IMG/VR virus record: IMGVR_UViG_3300037466_002758 | Reading direction: 5' to 3' (one strand) | Length of the DNA: 64,000 nt | Source: an uncultured virus (IMG/VR IMGVR_UViG_3300037466_002758) | Taxonomy: Duplodnaviria > Heunggongvirae > Uroviricota > Caudoviricetes | Shown: in pieces, positions 20,077 through 30,349 of the stretch | Layout of the letters: each line of letters opens with the position of its first letter | Position numbering within the stretch: position 1 is the first letter of the stretch | The notes under the pieces: model-generated | Databases searched by the model: none | Told to the model about the DNA's origin: nothing | The model's input: only the letters and a program-made list of their open reading frames with translations | Program-made: the position numbers and the translations under genes

Positions 20077-22051
20077 TCTTGAGCTCGCCCACCGTGGTCG
20101 CAGCGAAGAGCTCATACACCTTGCCGCCGGTTACCTCCGCACGGATCGACCAGCGAAGAGCCCGGCCCGGAGGAAGCCGGAAGTAGCCGGTCTGCGTCAT
20201 GGTGGTCGTACTCGAGAGCACGCCGTTCGCATACAGCTTGATCGTGGCCGTGGTGCCCGCATCCATGCGGATGTATCCGATGCCCATGCCCGCGTCGTTG
20301 GGGAAGACGAAATCCTTGGATTGCCACGCGAGCGACGAGCCCGCGCCCAGACCGAATGCGTAGACCGTGGCGCCGTTGGCGAAGTAGAGCTGGTCCAGCT
20401 GCGGAATGTAGTTGAAGGCCGTGCCCTGGAGTGAGAACTTGGTGAATGTGCTTCCCTGTCCTTCGTCCGTCGAGAGCCAGAAACCGGTCGCCGAAGCGCT
20501 GTCGAAGGCCATGAGGCCCCCGTCGTAGTAGGCGAACGACATCGTCTGCAGCATCGAGCCGTATCGCGTCTTCCAGGTATCGCGGTCGAAATACTGGTTC
20601 GCCGGCGCCAGGCTTGCCTGGCTACCCGCCACGAGCACGATGCCGTCGGGGGATGCAAATGCCACAGCGCCGTTCACGTTGGCCATGGACCGCATCGAGA
20701 TTCCCGTCTGGGGAATCGGCAGCTTCAACTGTGTGGTATTCGCCGGATGCACGCCGTTCACGAGATAGCAGCCGTCGATGGTCGTGACGACAAGCCCCGC
20801 AGCACCCGAGCAAAGCCCCACGATGTTGCGCGTGAAGGTCATCGAGTATGGCCATGCGTGCGGCCGGTACGGCTCGCTCATGTAGAGGATGTTGTCCTTG
20901 AAGGCCGCGATCCATCCGTTCGGCATCATGACGGCGCCTACGAGCCCCTTGGGTGGCGGACTCCAGAGCTGCGAGATCAGTCCGGTCACGGGGACCGTCT
21001 TCGAATTGCTCGGCTGGTCCAGGTACTTGCCGACCGCCGAGTCGGAGAGGAGCAGCGTCTTCGTGATGAGCAGATACGCCGGGTTCGAACCGAAGGTCCG
21101 ATATATATTGATGTCCTGGAACGGCCGGTAGCTCGAGAACGCCTGCTTGGGGCAGGTCACGCTCACCTGCTGGTAGTACTTGACCGTGGCGAGAGACGCT
21201 GGACTCGGTGCCGACTCCTCATTCCAGGTGTTCGTGTACGTGTACACGTACGCACGCGTCTCGACGTCGCCCCAGGAGAGCTCCACGAAAACGGCGGCTG
21301 CGTCGGTATCCACGCGCACCGACATCTCGACTCCGCCGGGGAATGCGAGCGAAGTTGCCGGATTGCTGTCGGAGACCGAGTTCGAAAGGCGCATGACCGC
21401 CTTCTCGTCCGACATGAACCGGATCTCGACGTTGAGCACCGCATCGACGGGAGTCCCGGTGTTCTGGTCCACGTTGAATGGGGTCTTCGGGAATGACGAT
21501 AGCGGGATCTGCCACTGCACCCACTGCTGAGTCATATTGGCATAGTTGGTGACGGTGACCTCGTCGTACTTGGCCGCGTTCGACTCCCACCATCCACTGA
21601 ACTCCCACGTCCCGTTCGGATAGTCGGGGAGCGCATCCACGTTCATCACCGCGAGTGCTGGGGCGGTCACGGGCGTCGGGACGCCGGCTTCGAACCCGCT
21701 GGGGCGCTGCACGGTCGTGGCCTGCTGCTCCGCCTGCGCCGAAACACGCAGGATCGGGGGGGTTTGCCCCTTGTCCAGCCAGTAGACGCGCGTGAACTGC
21801 TCGCCGATCACGGGGCTTTTCATGGGCCACGCTTCGAACGGCCAGACGTAGAAGTTCACGCCGTCTTCGGTATAGATCGCGCTCACGGGCGAGAGCGGCG
21901 CCGCGAACGCGAGGAGAGGCTGCTTGATCGGCTCGAGTACACCTCGAATGAGGCGGCACGCCTGTGTGTCCTGGGCTCCTGCCTCAGGAACCAGGTGCGG
22001 GGGGAGCTTGGGAGACTCCCCCTCGAAGTGACGAAAGCCGATGACCGCCAT
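20069..22051 (-). CDS. tail nozzle/stabilisation protein (beta-propeller)
   Basis: FEGESPKL N-terminus; YVYTYTNTWNEESAPSP; YMSEPYRPHAWP. Confidence 0.7.
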   Translation of the reverse strand: MAVIGFRHFEGESPKLPPHLVPEAGAQDTQACRLIRGVLEPIKQPLLAFAAPLSPVSAIYTEDGVNFYVWPFEAWPMKSPVIGEQFTRVYWLDKGQTPPILRVSAQAEQQATTVQRPSGFEAGVPTPVTAPALAVMNVDALPDYPNGTWEFSGWWESNAAKYDEVTVTNYANMTQQWVQWQIPLSSFPKTPFNVDQNTGTPVDAVLNVEIRFMSDEKAVMRLSNSVSDSNPATSLAFPGGVEMSVRVDTDAAAVFVELSWGDVETRAYVYTYTNTWNEESAPSPASLATVKYYQQVSVTCPKQAFSSYRPFQDINIYRTFGSNPAYLLITKTLLLSDSAVGKYLDQPSNSKTVPVTGLISQLWSPPPKGLVGAVMMPNGWIAAFKDNILYMSEPYRPHAWPYSMTFTRNIVGLCSGAAGLVVTTIDGCYLVNGVHPANTTQLKLPIPQTGISMRSMANVNGAVAFASPDGIVLVAGSQASLAPANQYFDRDTWKTRYGSMLQTMSFAYYDGGLMAFDSASATGFWLSTDEGQGSTFTKFSLQGTAFNYIPQLDQLYFANGATVYAFGLGAGSSLAWQSKDFVFPNDAGMGIGYIRMDAGTTATIKLYANGVLSSTTTMTQTGYFRLPPGRALRWSIRAEVTGGKVYELFAATTVGELKNA

Positions 22052-22058
22052 CAGGATG

Positions 22059-22358
22059 CTACGCGATAACAGCTGGCGTAGCCGCCGTAGGCGCAGTCGA
22101 GTGCTTGAACGCACCGATCGCGTTGTAGAACGACACTGCGCCGTTCACCAGCGGCTCCGCATTCGACGCAACCGCACCGAACACCGCCACGAGCTGCGTG
22201 ATCACCGCGTTCAGCTTGTCCTTCCCCGGGGAGCCCGGGAAGGCGGCTTCGACGCCCTGGATCGTGCTGTAGAGCGTGGTCCAGAACTCCTTCGCTACCG
22301 GCTCGACTGCGACCAGAAGCTCGCCGATCTGGATCACTTGCTGCACGTTGATACTCAC
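22059..22358 (-). CDS. hypothetical protein (lysis cassette)
   Basis: AGGAG RBS; 99 aa, amphipathic. Confidence 0.6.
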   Translation of the reverse strand: MSINVQQVIQIGELLVAVEPVAKEFWTTLYSTIQGVEAAFPGSPGKDKLNAVITQLVAVFGAVASNAEPLVNGAVSFYNAIGAFKHSTAPTAATPAVIA

Positions 22359-22405
22359 TGATTTTCTCCTTGCAAGTTAGGCCTATGAAGAGACCATCGA
22401 AGGGG

Positions 22406-22681
22406 CTAGGCCCCGCCCATGTCGACGGGTTGAGCCCCGCTCCCGGCTTCAGGAGCGGGCGGATCTCCGGACTGCACTTGTACGTTCCGACGCTGAAGCT
22501 CGGAATGAACGTGGCCGAATGCGTTGAGGATGGTGAGAAGAGACACAATCCCACCAGCCAGCTGAGCAATGTCATCCGGACTGACGGCACCGGCCTTGAT
22601 GTAGCCAGCGGTGACGAGCATCGAGAGAATGAAGCCGATGACATTGGCCAGGATCTTCGGGTTACGCAGGAGGTTGAGCAT
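22406..22681 (-). CDS. putative holin
   Basis: Two transmembrane-like segments; downstream of the endolysin. Confidence 0.6.
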   Translation of the reverse strand: MLNLLRNPKILANVIGFILSMLVTAGYIKAGAVSPDDIAQLAGGIVSLLTILNAFGHVHSELQRRNVQVQSGDPPAPEAGSGAQPVDMGGA

Positions 22682-22811
22682 TGGGAATCTCCTTGGGTTG
22701 CATGGCCGACGCGACCTTCGCGATCGTGGCGGCGACCTTGTAGTAGGGTTCCTTCGAGAGCGCCTCGAGGATGACCCGCATGTCCTGGGCGTCCAGGTTC
22801 AATTCGTTCAC
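22662..22811 (-). CDS. 49-aa hypothetical protein
   Basis: GGAGGT RBS; GTG start overlaps the endolysin stop. Confidence 0.5.
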   Translation of the reverse strand: MNELNLDAQDMRVILEALSKEPYYKVAATIAKVASAMQPKEIPNAQPPA

Positions 22812-23341
22812 ACCCACCTCCCGAAAACATCGAGCGCGCGCTTGTAGTAAGCGAGCCGGCGATCGAGGCCGTTGTAGCCGCCGTTGATCACGCGCGTGAT
22901 GCCGCGCATGTCCTGCTGGTCGGCGAGCTGGTTCAGCTTGTGCACGTTCCAGAACCACCCGGCGGCCCAGAACGCGAACTCCGGTTCCTCGAGCAGCGTC
23001 GGTTGGTCGAGAAGGCGCTCGTCGCCGAAAATCGCGATCGAGCACTTCTGGTAGTTGTCCGCTCCGGTCACCTGGAAGGCACCGCGCCCCTTGTAGCGCA
23101 CGCCATCACCGGGCTCGACGTTGCCGAGATCCTTCCGGCCCTCATAGGCGACACCAGAGGCAATCTCACGCAGCCACTGCAGCTCCTCCGTCTCCTCGGC
23201 GATCTGGGCGAGATAAGCCGCGATCCGAAGCGGTGTCGAGATGTCGAATCGCAGCATCGAGTCGTTCAAGGGACCGAGGTCATCCGCCGCGTGTGGTTTC
23301 GCATTCGGCATGATGAGCAGGAGTTCTTCGAGTGTGATCAC
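22808..23341 (-). CDS. glycoside hydrolase family 19 endolysin
   Basis: AYLAQIAEET, YEGRKDLGN, DGVRYKGRGAFQVTG, ITRVINGGYNGL. Confidence 0.92.
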   Translation of the reverse strand: MITLEELLLIMPNAKPHAADDLGPLNDSMLRFDISTPLRIAAYLAQIAEETEELQWLREIASGVAYEGRKDLGNVEPGDGVRYKGRGAFQVTGADNYQKCSIAIFGDERLLDQPTLLEEPEFAFWAAGWFWNVHKLNQLADQQDMRGITRVINGGYNGLDRRLAYYKRALDVFGRWV

Positions 23342-23589
23342 TTCTCACCTCGCGCAGGCAGCCGATCGCGCAGCTCGTCCAGCTTGTCGCTGATGTGCTG
23401 GAGTTTCTGATCGACCCGGTTGTAGTTCTCGTCCACGCGCTTCTCGATGACGTCTTGGCGCTTCTCGTTGTTCGAGACTCGCTCGTCGAACTTCCCCCAG
23501 GCGATGAGCGCAGGAATTCCCAAGCCCGTGATCGTGACCGCGACCGAGAGCCAAAAGCCCGCGTCGAAAAGGCGCTTGGGGGTGTTCAT
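23338..23589 (-). CDS. single-TM plus coiled-coil protein (holin/antiholin-like)
   Basis: One transmembrane stretch followed by a coiled coil; coupled to the endolysin. Confidence 0.55.
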   Translation of the reverse strand: MNTPKRLFDAGFWLSVAVTITGLGIPALIAWGKFDERVSNNEKRQDVIEKRVDENYNRVDQKLQHISDKLDELRDRLPARGEK

Positions 23590-24521
23590 ATCGCGTAGAC
23601 GCACTCCAGGACGTAGCGGTAGTTCGTGCCCGCCGGAGCTGCGTTGGTGTAATCGTTAATCCCGGCTGTGCTCTGTCCACTCGAAAGCGGCGCCTGGATC
23701 ACATGTCCGGTGACGTTGCATTCACGGCCCAGGAAGATCGCGAACGGGTCCGTGGTTTGGAATGGCACTGAGAAGCTGACTACTCCGGTGGCGGTTGCCA
23801 CGAAATCGACGTGGACCTTCACCATGTCGGTACCGATTTTCTTGTACCAGCACGAGTTGATCGTGGACGAGGTGAGCGTGCCCGAGGCCGAGATAGTCGG
23901 CGTATACGTCGTCTTGTCACCCGTGAGCACGGTCTTGCCGTTCAGCGTCATGGTGGACGCTGCCCACGCAGCGGCGCTCGAGGTGAAACTCAGGCTCTGA
24001 ATGCCGCCTTTGGTAAGGAACGTGTGCGTGTCGTTGCGATAATTGGTGGCGCCGCTCAAATCTGAAATCTGAACGCCAGCTCCGCTGGAGCCGTTCTCAC
24101 TACGCAGATATGAGTAGTTGACCTGCACCTCGAGGATGTTTACTCCGTTGAACTGATACGCCCCAGCGTTCCCACCAGGAATCGAGATATACCCAGGGAA
24201 AACCGGCGCGTTCATGAAGCCTGCGGTGAGCCTCAGTTCGATCGGGTCGCCTGCGTTGAACGCGCGGCCGCTCGTGCCTTCCTGGGCGCGCACGATCGTG
24301 AAGGTGTCGGTGGCGCGCGCGGTAACCTTCACGATCTCGTGGTTCACCTCGGTGCCGCCGGAGTACTGGAAAAGCGTGGCCATAAAATACTGGCCCAGAC
24401 CTGCGAAGTCGGGGTTCGGGAACTTGGTGCCAGTGCCGGCAGCGACAGTGAGGCTGGTCGCCACATTGGTGATGCCGGAGGCGAGGGTCGAGGCCGCGTT
24501 GTTCGAGAAGAGCTGGCTCAT
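23586..24521 (-). CDS. tail fibre protein
   Basis: FSNNAASTL...EIVKVTAR...RAQEGT...IELRLTAG N-terminal adaptor; variable C-terminus. Confidence 0.75.
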   Translation of the reverse strand: MSQLFSNNAASTLASGITNVATSLTVAAGTGTKFPNPDFAGLGQYFMATLFQYSGGTEVNHEIVKVTARATDTFTIVRAQEGTSGRAFNAGDPIELRLTAGFMNAPVFPGYISIPGGNAGAYQFNGVNILEVQVNYSYLRSENGSSGAGVQISDLSGATNYRNDTHTFLTKGGIQSLSFTSSAAAWAASTMTLNGKTVLTGDKTTYTPTISASGTLTSSTINSCWYKKIGTDMVKVHVDFVATATGVVSFSVPFQTTDPFAIFLGRECNVTGHVIQAPLSSGQSTAGINDYTNAAPAGTNYRYVLECVYAI

Positions 24522-24808
24522 ACTTCTTTCACCTTCACCTTGAATTCATCCTCTAGGGTGCGTCCGCCCGTGGTCTGGGCCGTGACCGTCACCTTGTAGG
24601 TCGTGCCGTCGGTGCCACCGGAGATGAAGAGCCGTACACGTGGGTCGAAGACGAACGTGCTATCGATCAAGAGCCCGGCAGGCTCCACTACCGCCGTCGC
24701 CGTCGACAGGTGGTCCTGCTCGTCGGCCAGATCGTCGGTGTAGTTAATGGTGTACGACTCGACTTCGGCCGGCTGCTTGAAGAACGTCCCTAGGATGGTT
24801 TGGCTCAT
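24518..24808 (-). CDS. small tail-associated (fibre adaptor) protein
   Basis: KQPAEVESYTINY...SGGTDGTTYKVTV. Confidence 0.65.
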   Translation of the reverse strand: MSQTILGTFFKQPAEVESYTINYTDDLADEQDHLSTATAVVEPAGLLIDSTFVFDPRVRLFISGGTDGTTYKVTVTAQTTGGRTLEDEFKVKVKEV

Positions 24809-25977
24809 GCGGCTTCTCGCATCAGTTCGCGGTCCACATACGGGCGCTGCAGCTCCCGGTCGACATAGGCGCGGTACATGGTTCGCTCTTCCGGATCAAA
24901 AGCTTCCCCGTTCAAGCGGCCGTCGACCGTGAAGTCGACCGTGCCGCCCATGTTAGCAAGTCCTTCGGCGGTCGCGAGCGCAGTCGCAACGAAATCTACG
25001 GTACCAGCTGCAAACTGGGCGTATGCCGGGACGATGTCCTGCGGGGAAGCCGTGAAGTCCGCGATAGGGTCGAAAATAATGCTCCCCGCGAAGCGCTGGA
25101 GTGGCCCTTGGATGGTGAAGTCGGCGGCCCCCTGATCGAAGTTGGCAGTAGGCAGGAGATTCCGCAGGCCATTTGCCTGAAAAGTCGCCGTCGGGTCGAA
25201 CGTAGCGCTTGGAAATTTAATCACCACCGGGTTCGCGACCAAATCGCACGTCGGTATGGCGTTTACGGTGCCCAGGTGGTGCTGATGCGCGTCGGCCGCG
25301 AAGTCGCACGTACCCTCACAGAGAATCCCGCCCTGTTTCACCACCACGCCGGCCGTATTGATCACGAAATCGGCTGTGGGGTTGATCGTGAGGTACGGAT
25401 ACTGCGTGTAGTGTGTGCCGCCGGCGACGTTCTTGAGCGCGAACTCCGCGTAGAGGCTCCCCGTAGCGTCGAAGAGCGCCGTGGGCATCCGGATCGCGAG
25501 CCCCGTTGCGGTGAAGGCCGCAGTTCCGAGGGACGCCACCATGCCGCCGTTGTGGATATAAGTTGCCTGGGCAGTGAAATCCGTGGTGCCCGACGTGAAG
25601 TTCGCCGCGCCGAAGAAGCCGTCCGCGACCGCGAAGAACTGCGCCTGCGCGTCGACAAAGACCTGCGCCTCGAGGATGCGTTCGATGAAGGCGGTGAAGT
25701 CCGCCGTGGCGTTGAAAGTTGATGCTGCCGCCTGCAGGAGCCCCGGGCCCAGACCGAAATTGGCCGTGGGATTGATCGTGGCCTGGGCGAACTGGACCCG
25801 CGTAGCGTTGGCGGTGACCGCCGCCGTGGGGTCGACGGTGGCGTGTGCCTCCCAGACATAAGTCGCGGTCGCGACGAGGCCTGCGGCACCCGCATTGAAG
25901 TTGGCGCTCCCCTGCGTGATCGCAACGGGAGCGCCGTTGAGTGGCGCGCCGTTAAGGAACGCGCCGTTCAGCCGCAT
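24805..25977 (-). CDS. repetitive beta-rich tail protein
   Basis: Recurrent [PG]TA[DN]FTA-like repeats; lies in the structural operon. Confidence 0.65.
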   Translation of the reverse strand: MRLNGAFLNGAPLNGAPVAITQGSANFNAGAAGLVATATYVWEAHATVDPTAAVTANATRVQFAQATINPTANFGLGPGLLQAAASTFNATADFTAFIERILEAQVFVDAQAQFFAVADGFFGAANFTSGTTDFTAQATYIHNGGMVASLGTAAFTATGLAIRMPTALFDATGSLYAEFALKNVAGGTHYTQYPYLTINPTADFVINTAGVVVKQGGILCEGTCDFAADAHQHHLGTVNAIPTCDLVANPVVIKFPSATFDPTATFQANGLRNLLPTANFDQGAADFTIQGPLQRFAGSIIFDPIADFTASPQDIVPAYAQFAAGTVDFVATALATAEGLANMGGTVDFTVDGRLNGEAFDPEERTMYRAYVDRELQRPYVDRELMREAA

Positions 25978-25990
25978 AGGTCAGTCTCGG

Positions 25991-26416
25991 TTAGGAGACG
26001 GTCACCACCAGCGAGCCGATCGCGAACGAAAGCACGTCGCCCACCTGCAGAGTCTTCGTCGCCACGAGCGGGGCGTGGTAGAGCAGGTTGCCGCCGGAGG
26101 CAGCGTCGACCAGGCCCACGTGCGTGATCGTGACCGCGCCCGCGCCGTTGTTGGCCGGGAACGTAATCGTCTTCGCGTTCGAGGACGAGCCACCCGAAGG
26201 CGCCGTCCAGCCGGTGGAGATCGCACCGCCCTGTGCAGCGTCTTCGCGCACGTATGCGGGCCACGAGGCCACCTGCACCTCGTTGGCGGTCACGAAGGCG
26301 TCGCCGGGGTCGGCCGTGAAGAGGGCCACGTAGACGTTCGACGGCACCGGGAAGGCAGCGCCGCGCAGCGTCGTGGAGATGATGTTGCTTTCGGTGTAGC
26401 TCGAGAATTTGGACAT
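25991..26416 (-). CDS. virion structural protein
   Basis: YVALFTADPG...ITFP...DAASGGNLL. Confidence 0.7.
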   Translation of the reverse strand: MSKFSSYTESNIISTTLRGAAFPVPSNVYVALFTADPGDAFVTANEVQVASWPAYVREDAAQGGAISTGWTAPSGGSSSNAKTITFPANNGAGAVTITHVGLVDAASGGNLLYHAPLVATKTLQVGDVLSFAIGSLVVTVS

Positions 26417-26428
26417 GGGGAGTCTCCG

Positions 26429-27082
26429 TTACCAGAACTTCGGGGGAACCACGCGGGCGGGGGCGTTGCTGTAGCCGCTGCGCACGCGCGCGGCTGCCTT
26501 GCCCTTCGCCGAGTTGAAGAGCCGGCCGAAGAGAAGCGCCTTGTCCTCGTGCGTGTAGGGCTGGTCGGGGATGCTGTAGATCTTCGCGAGCGCACCGTGC
26601 GCGAGGCCTACGCGATGAATACGAAGCAGGTCCGAGTCGGCGCGGGTCGACGTGAGCGACGGTGCAACTGCCACACGCCCGGTGATGATTTCAGGCGCAT
26701 CGATCGTGGGCGTCGGCACGAGCGTGAAAGTGCTCGGGCTTCGCATAACGTAGGTCTCGGGGAACTGCGAGCCCAGGACGCGCCAGTTGACGCCGTAGAG
26801 CTGATCCAGCTCGTCCTCGTTGCGTCGCATGAGCTTGCGGGTGCCCCACCAGAGTGGGCCCGTCACCTCGACCACTTCGTAGCCCGCGCGCGGCGTCGGG
26901 ATTTCGTAGTCGCTCTCGTTCGCTTCGACGTCGATTGGATCGATCTCGGCGGTGAGCCACATCGTCTCCGTGCAGAACTCGTACACGGCATCGCGAATCG
27001 ACGTAATGACCGTCGGCTCCGGACAATTGGGCGCGTGAATCAACACCTCCGGAAAGAGGGTGTCGTAGAGGGCCTCGCTCAC
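26429..27082 (-). CDS. head-tail adaptor / tail tube-like protein
   Basis: PNCPEPTV...EFCTET; position after the capsid genes. Confidence 0.6.
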   Translation of the reverse strand: MSEALYDTLFPEVLIHAPNCPEPTVITSIRDAVYEFCTETMWLTAEIDPIDVEANESDYEIPTPRAGYEVVEVTGPLWWGTRKLMRRNEDELDQLYGVNWRVLGSQFPETYVMRSPSTFTLVPTPTIDAPEIITGRVAVAPSLTSTRADSDLLRIHRVGLAHGALAKIYSIPDQPYTHEDKALLFGRLFNSAKGKAAARVRSGYSNAPARVVPPKFW

Positions 27083-27762
27083 TTAGCCCCCGGCACGTTC
27101 GGGTTGAATGGCGCCATCGCGACGTTCGGGTTGGTGAGCCCTTCAGCGGCGCTCTTGCTCGACATGAGTCCGGTGAAGAGCGCGTAGTAGCCCTTGGCCG
27201 CTTCGAAATTCTCGGCATACTCCGCGTCCTTGCTGTAGGCACGGAAGCAGACGTAGTTCACGAGCGCTGGGACGTAGATGTCATCCACCGCGATCGAGGT
27301 CACGATGTCGGTGATGGCGCCCGGCACGATGCCGTAAGTCGCCTCCACGAAGGTCCCGCCGATCTGGTACGGGTACGTGTAGAAGATCTTCGGGTTGAGC
27401 GGCGTGTACGTGTAGTGCTTAACCAGTGACGACGCGTACTTCGGGTCGTGCCAGTCTGGGATCTGCGCGTCCAGGATCTCGCGCGCAACAACACGGATCG
27501 CATTGCTCGGCTGGTTGCCGGTGCCCATGTTGCGCACGACATCGACCAGCATCAGTCCGCCGGTGGGTAGCGTCTGCTTGGTGCCCGCCACGATCTGTAC
27601 GTTGCTCGTGACGACCGCTGCGTTGGGCTTGTAGGTCGAGATCTCGCGCTGCGCGTCGCTGAGATAGACGAGCAGTTCCGACTGCGGCCAGCGAATGTTC
27701 GTCTGGTCCTGCAGGATGGTCGACGCGGTCGCGATGACCGTGCCAGCGCTGATGGTCCCCAT
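27079..27762 (-). CDS. head-tail adaptor (DUF6682/N4-like)
   Basis: LQDQTNIRWPQSELL...YVCFRAYSKDAEY. Confidence 0.65.
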   Translation of the reverse strand: MGTISAGTVIATASTILQDQTNIRWPQSELLVYLSDAQREISTYKPNAAVVTSNVQIVAGTKQTLPTGGLMLVDVVRNMGTGNQPSNAIRVVAREILDAQIPDWHDPKYASSLVKHYTYTPLNPKIFYTYPYQIGGTFVEATYGIVPGAITDIVTSIAVDDIYVPALVNYVCFRAYSKDAEYAENFEAAKGYYALFTGLMSSKSAAEGLTNPNVAMAPFNPNVPGAK

Positions 27763-27773
27763 TCAGTTCTCCG

Positions 27774-27800
27774 AAAACGCGGGGAGCCGAAGCCCCCCGC
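27774..27800 (-). terminator. intrinsic terminator after the capsid genes
   Basis: Minus strand GCGGGGGGC-TTCG-GCTCCCCGC-GTTTT, with a cUUCGg tetraloop. Confidence 0.8.
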
Positions 27801-27804
27801 TGGT

Positions 27805-28170
27805 TTACGCGGTGAGGAACGAAACCCAGTCCGTCGCGTTCACGGAGACGAAGAGCACCGACTTACCGGCCGCGAGCGACAACGACGCGTTGGCCGCGAG
27901 GGCGTTGATTTTTCCGCCGACCGCCGGGTAAATCAGCGCGGTATCCGCCGAGTCGATGTTCAGCACGATGCAGGACGCACCTACTCCGTCCGGCTTGGGG
28001 AGAACCGCGCCCGTGGCACCAGCGGCGACCACCGCCAGGACGTTCACGTCATCGTTCAGCTGGACCGCAGTCGCCTGGGTCGTACCAGCGGTCGTGATGT
28101 TGTTTTTGACGGTCGGTTGAGTGCCGACCCACACGCCCCGGTTCGCGAGGCTTTTCAGAAGTCCGATCAT
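27805..28170 (-). CDS. putative capsid decoration protein
   Basis: GGAG RBS, ATG at 28170; follows the major capsid gene. Confidence 0.6.
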   Translation of the reverse strand: MIGLLKSLANRGVWVGTQPTVKNNITTAGTTQATAVQLNDDVNVLAVVAAGATGAVLPKPDGVGASCIVLNIDSADTALIYPAVGGKINALAANASLSLAAGKSVLFVSVNATDWVSFLTA

Positions 28171-28223
28171 GTTTGTCTCCGAATAGGTGAGCAGGTAGGG
28201 CCCCCGGAGGGGCCCGTTAGCTA

Positions 28224-29240
28224 TTAGCCGGCGACTTGCATGATCGCGAAGCCTTCGGGCTTCACCGCCTTGCGCCCGTAGACCATGAGGCCACGCACCA
28301 GGTCGCCGAAGTCGTTCGGGTTGCGCAGGTGCTCGACCTTGTTGATCTGCGAGGCGAAGGTCAGCGCGCACTTGTGGCCGGCGACGATCGCATGGCGCTT
28401 GGCGGTGACGCCGCCGTTCTCGCTCGAGGCCGTTCCGTCGTAGGCGGTGTTGGCCGCGCACTTCGGAAGCAGGTTCGAGACGTAGACCGTGAAGCGGTCG
28501 ATCTGGCCGATCTTGCCGTTGCGGATCATGGAGCTCGAGTCGCCCATGAACTGCGCCTGCGCGAGGTTCGACTGCATGAGCAGGTTGCGCTCATACGGCG
28601 TAAGCACGAGCCAGCGGTCGGTCTCGGGAATGTTCTGCTCGTCGAGCACCGCGCTCATCGCCGTGATCTTGGCGAGGATGTTGGCGCCCGTGAGGGTCAC
28701 CGGCGAGGTGTCGGTTCCGAGATCGAAGGCGCCCGAGATGGCACCCGCGCTGGAACCGGTGTTCGCGGCCGCGCAGTTCACCGGCGTGTCGGTCGTGCCG
28801 ACCTGGAAGAGCGTGGTCACGAAGCAGTCGCGGTCGACAGCGATCTTCAGCTGGTTCGCCGCGTCGCCCGTGAACATGTTCATGAGATCGGGCTTCGACT
28901 GGTACTCGACCACGTCGGAGACGTTCACGCCGAAGTAGAACGCCTTGTCGATCTGCAGCTCGAGCGTGTTCGGGGTCGGCACCTCGTAGGTGAGAGTCGC
29001 GCCGATCTGGTAGGTGTTGATCGTGATCGACGGGATGTTGTTGATCACGACTTTGTCGCCGAGCGACTTGATCTCGCCTTCCCAGTTCGTGTTCGAGACG
29101 TCGCCGAAGGTGGTGGCGGCGTAGAACTTCACGTTCAACTTGCTCGACCAGATGGTCGGGATGAACGTGCCGGAAAAGTTCTTGCCGGCGAACGAACCGG
29201 TCTGGCCGATTAGTGCCGGAGAGGTGGTAAGGGTCGTCAT
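28224..29240 (-). CDS. major capsid protein
   Basis: FIPTIWSSKL, WEGEI, GDLVRGLMVYGRK; AAGGAG RBS; highly biased codons. Confidence 0.88.
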   Translation of the reverse strand: MTTLTTSPALIGQTGSFAGKNFSGTFIPTIWSSKLNVKFYAATTFGDVSNTNWEGEIKSLGDKVVINNIPSITINTYQIGATLTYEVPTPNTLELQIDKAFYFGVNVSDVVEYQSKPDLMNMFTGDAANQLKIAVDRDCFVTTLFQVGTTDTPVNCAAANTGSSAGAISGAFDLGTDTSPVTLTGANILAKITAMSAVLDEQNIPETDRWLVLTPYERNLLMQSNLAQAQFMGDSSSMIRNGKIGQIDRFTVYVSNLLPKCAANTAYDGTASSENGGVTAKRHAIVAGHKCALTFASQINKVEHLRNPNDFGDLVRGLMVYGRKAVKPEGFAIMQVAG

Positions 29241-29301
29241 GTTTCAGCTCCTTGTGGAATTCGGGCGGTTGTGGAGCTGCGCCCATGACGACCGTTAGCT
29301 G

Positions 29302-30282
29302 TTAAGCGATAACGCGTCCTTCCTTGAGCGCAGCATCGAGTTCTGCTTCGAGCGCTAGCGCCGCCTTCTCCTGGCCGCTCTGGACCAGGCGAACCACCTT
29401 CATCGACTCGTCGGCGTACTCCTTCTGGGAGTACGTCCGCTTGGCCTGTGTCGGGGGCGAAGCACCGGCGCTGCCGGTCTTCGGAGGCGCTACTTGACGT
29501 TCGAGCTCGGCGCGCGCGGCGTTGGACTTGGCTGGGGGTTGGGCCGGGGGACTCGTGGGGTTGAGGGTCGGGTGCTGTGCGAACAGCGCCTCGAAGATCT
29601 CCACCACACCGTTCAAGTCGCGGTTATTCGCCGCGCCTGTGAGCAGGTCGTTCCAGGTATTCCTGGTGCCGGGGACACGAGACGCCAGGAACGTCTGAGC
29701 CTCTTGCGAAGCCTGGATCTGCTCCCAGCCGGGGATGCGGCCGTCGAGCTTCGTGAAGAAGCTCTCCTGCGCGGTCTCTTCCGTGGCTTGCACGACGTGC
29801 CCGACGTTGTCCGTGGCCGCCTTCAGCTCGGCAGTCAACTTCGCGATCTGGGGTTCGTAGTGGGCTTGCAGCTTCGCGGTTTGTTCGCGCACTGCACGGC
29901 GCACCATGTCGACCAGGTCACCACCGAATGCTTGGACGTCACTGTCGGTGACCAGCGCGCCTTCCTGCGGAGCGGCCGTCGTCGCCCTTCCAAGCGACTC
30001 GATCGTCTCCTTCGCCTTGGCGAGATCCGCAGTGAGATCCTTCACCTGCTTCTGCAGAGCGGGCACCTGGGTGTTGAACATTCCCTGTAGCGACAGGAAA
30101 CGCTGCTTCCAGAGTGATCCCTCGTCTTGGGCGGGGGGCGGTGCTGGTGCCGGTGCCGGTGCAGGCTGCGGTTCCGGCGTGGGGGCCGGTGGTTCGGGTT
30201 GGGGTTCGGCGGGCGTGGAAAGCGCCTTGTCGTACTCGTCCGAAAACTCTTGTTGCCGCTGAATCTGCTCGGGCAGAGGCAT
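29302..30282 (-). CDS. scaffolding protein
   Basis: Pro-rich N-terminus, coiled coil and KEGRV C-terminus; lies between portal and capsid. Confidence 0.75.
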   Translation of the reverse strand: MPLPEQIQRQQEFSDEYDKALSTPAEPQPEPPAPTPEPQPAPAPAPAPPPAQDEGSLWKQRFLSLQGMFNTQVPALQKQVKDLTADLAKAKETIESLGRATTAAPQEGALVTDSDVQAFGGDLVDMVRRAVREQTAKLQAHYEPQIAKLTAELKAATDNVGHVVQATEETAQESFFTKLDGRIPGWEQIQASQEAQTFLASRVPGTRNTWNDLLTGAANNRDLNGVVEIFEALFAQHPTLNPTSPPAQPPAKSNAARAELERQVAPPKTGSAGASPPTQAKRTYSQKEYADESMKVVRLVQSGQEKAALALEAELDAALKEGRVIA

Positions 30283-30349
30283 TAATTAACTCCATGTCAC
30301 CCAGCGCTAACGCTTTGGGTCTCGTTGTACAACCGCTCGGCCGAAAGGC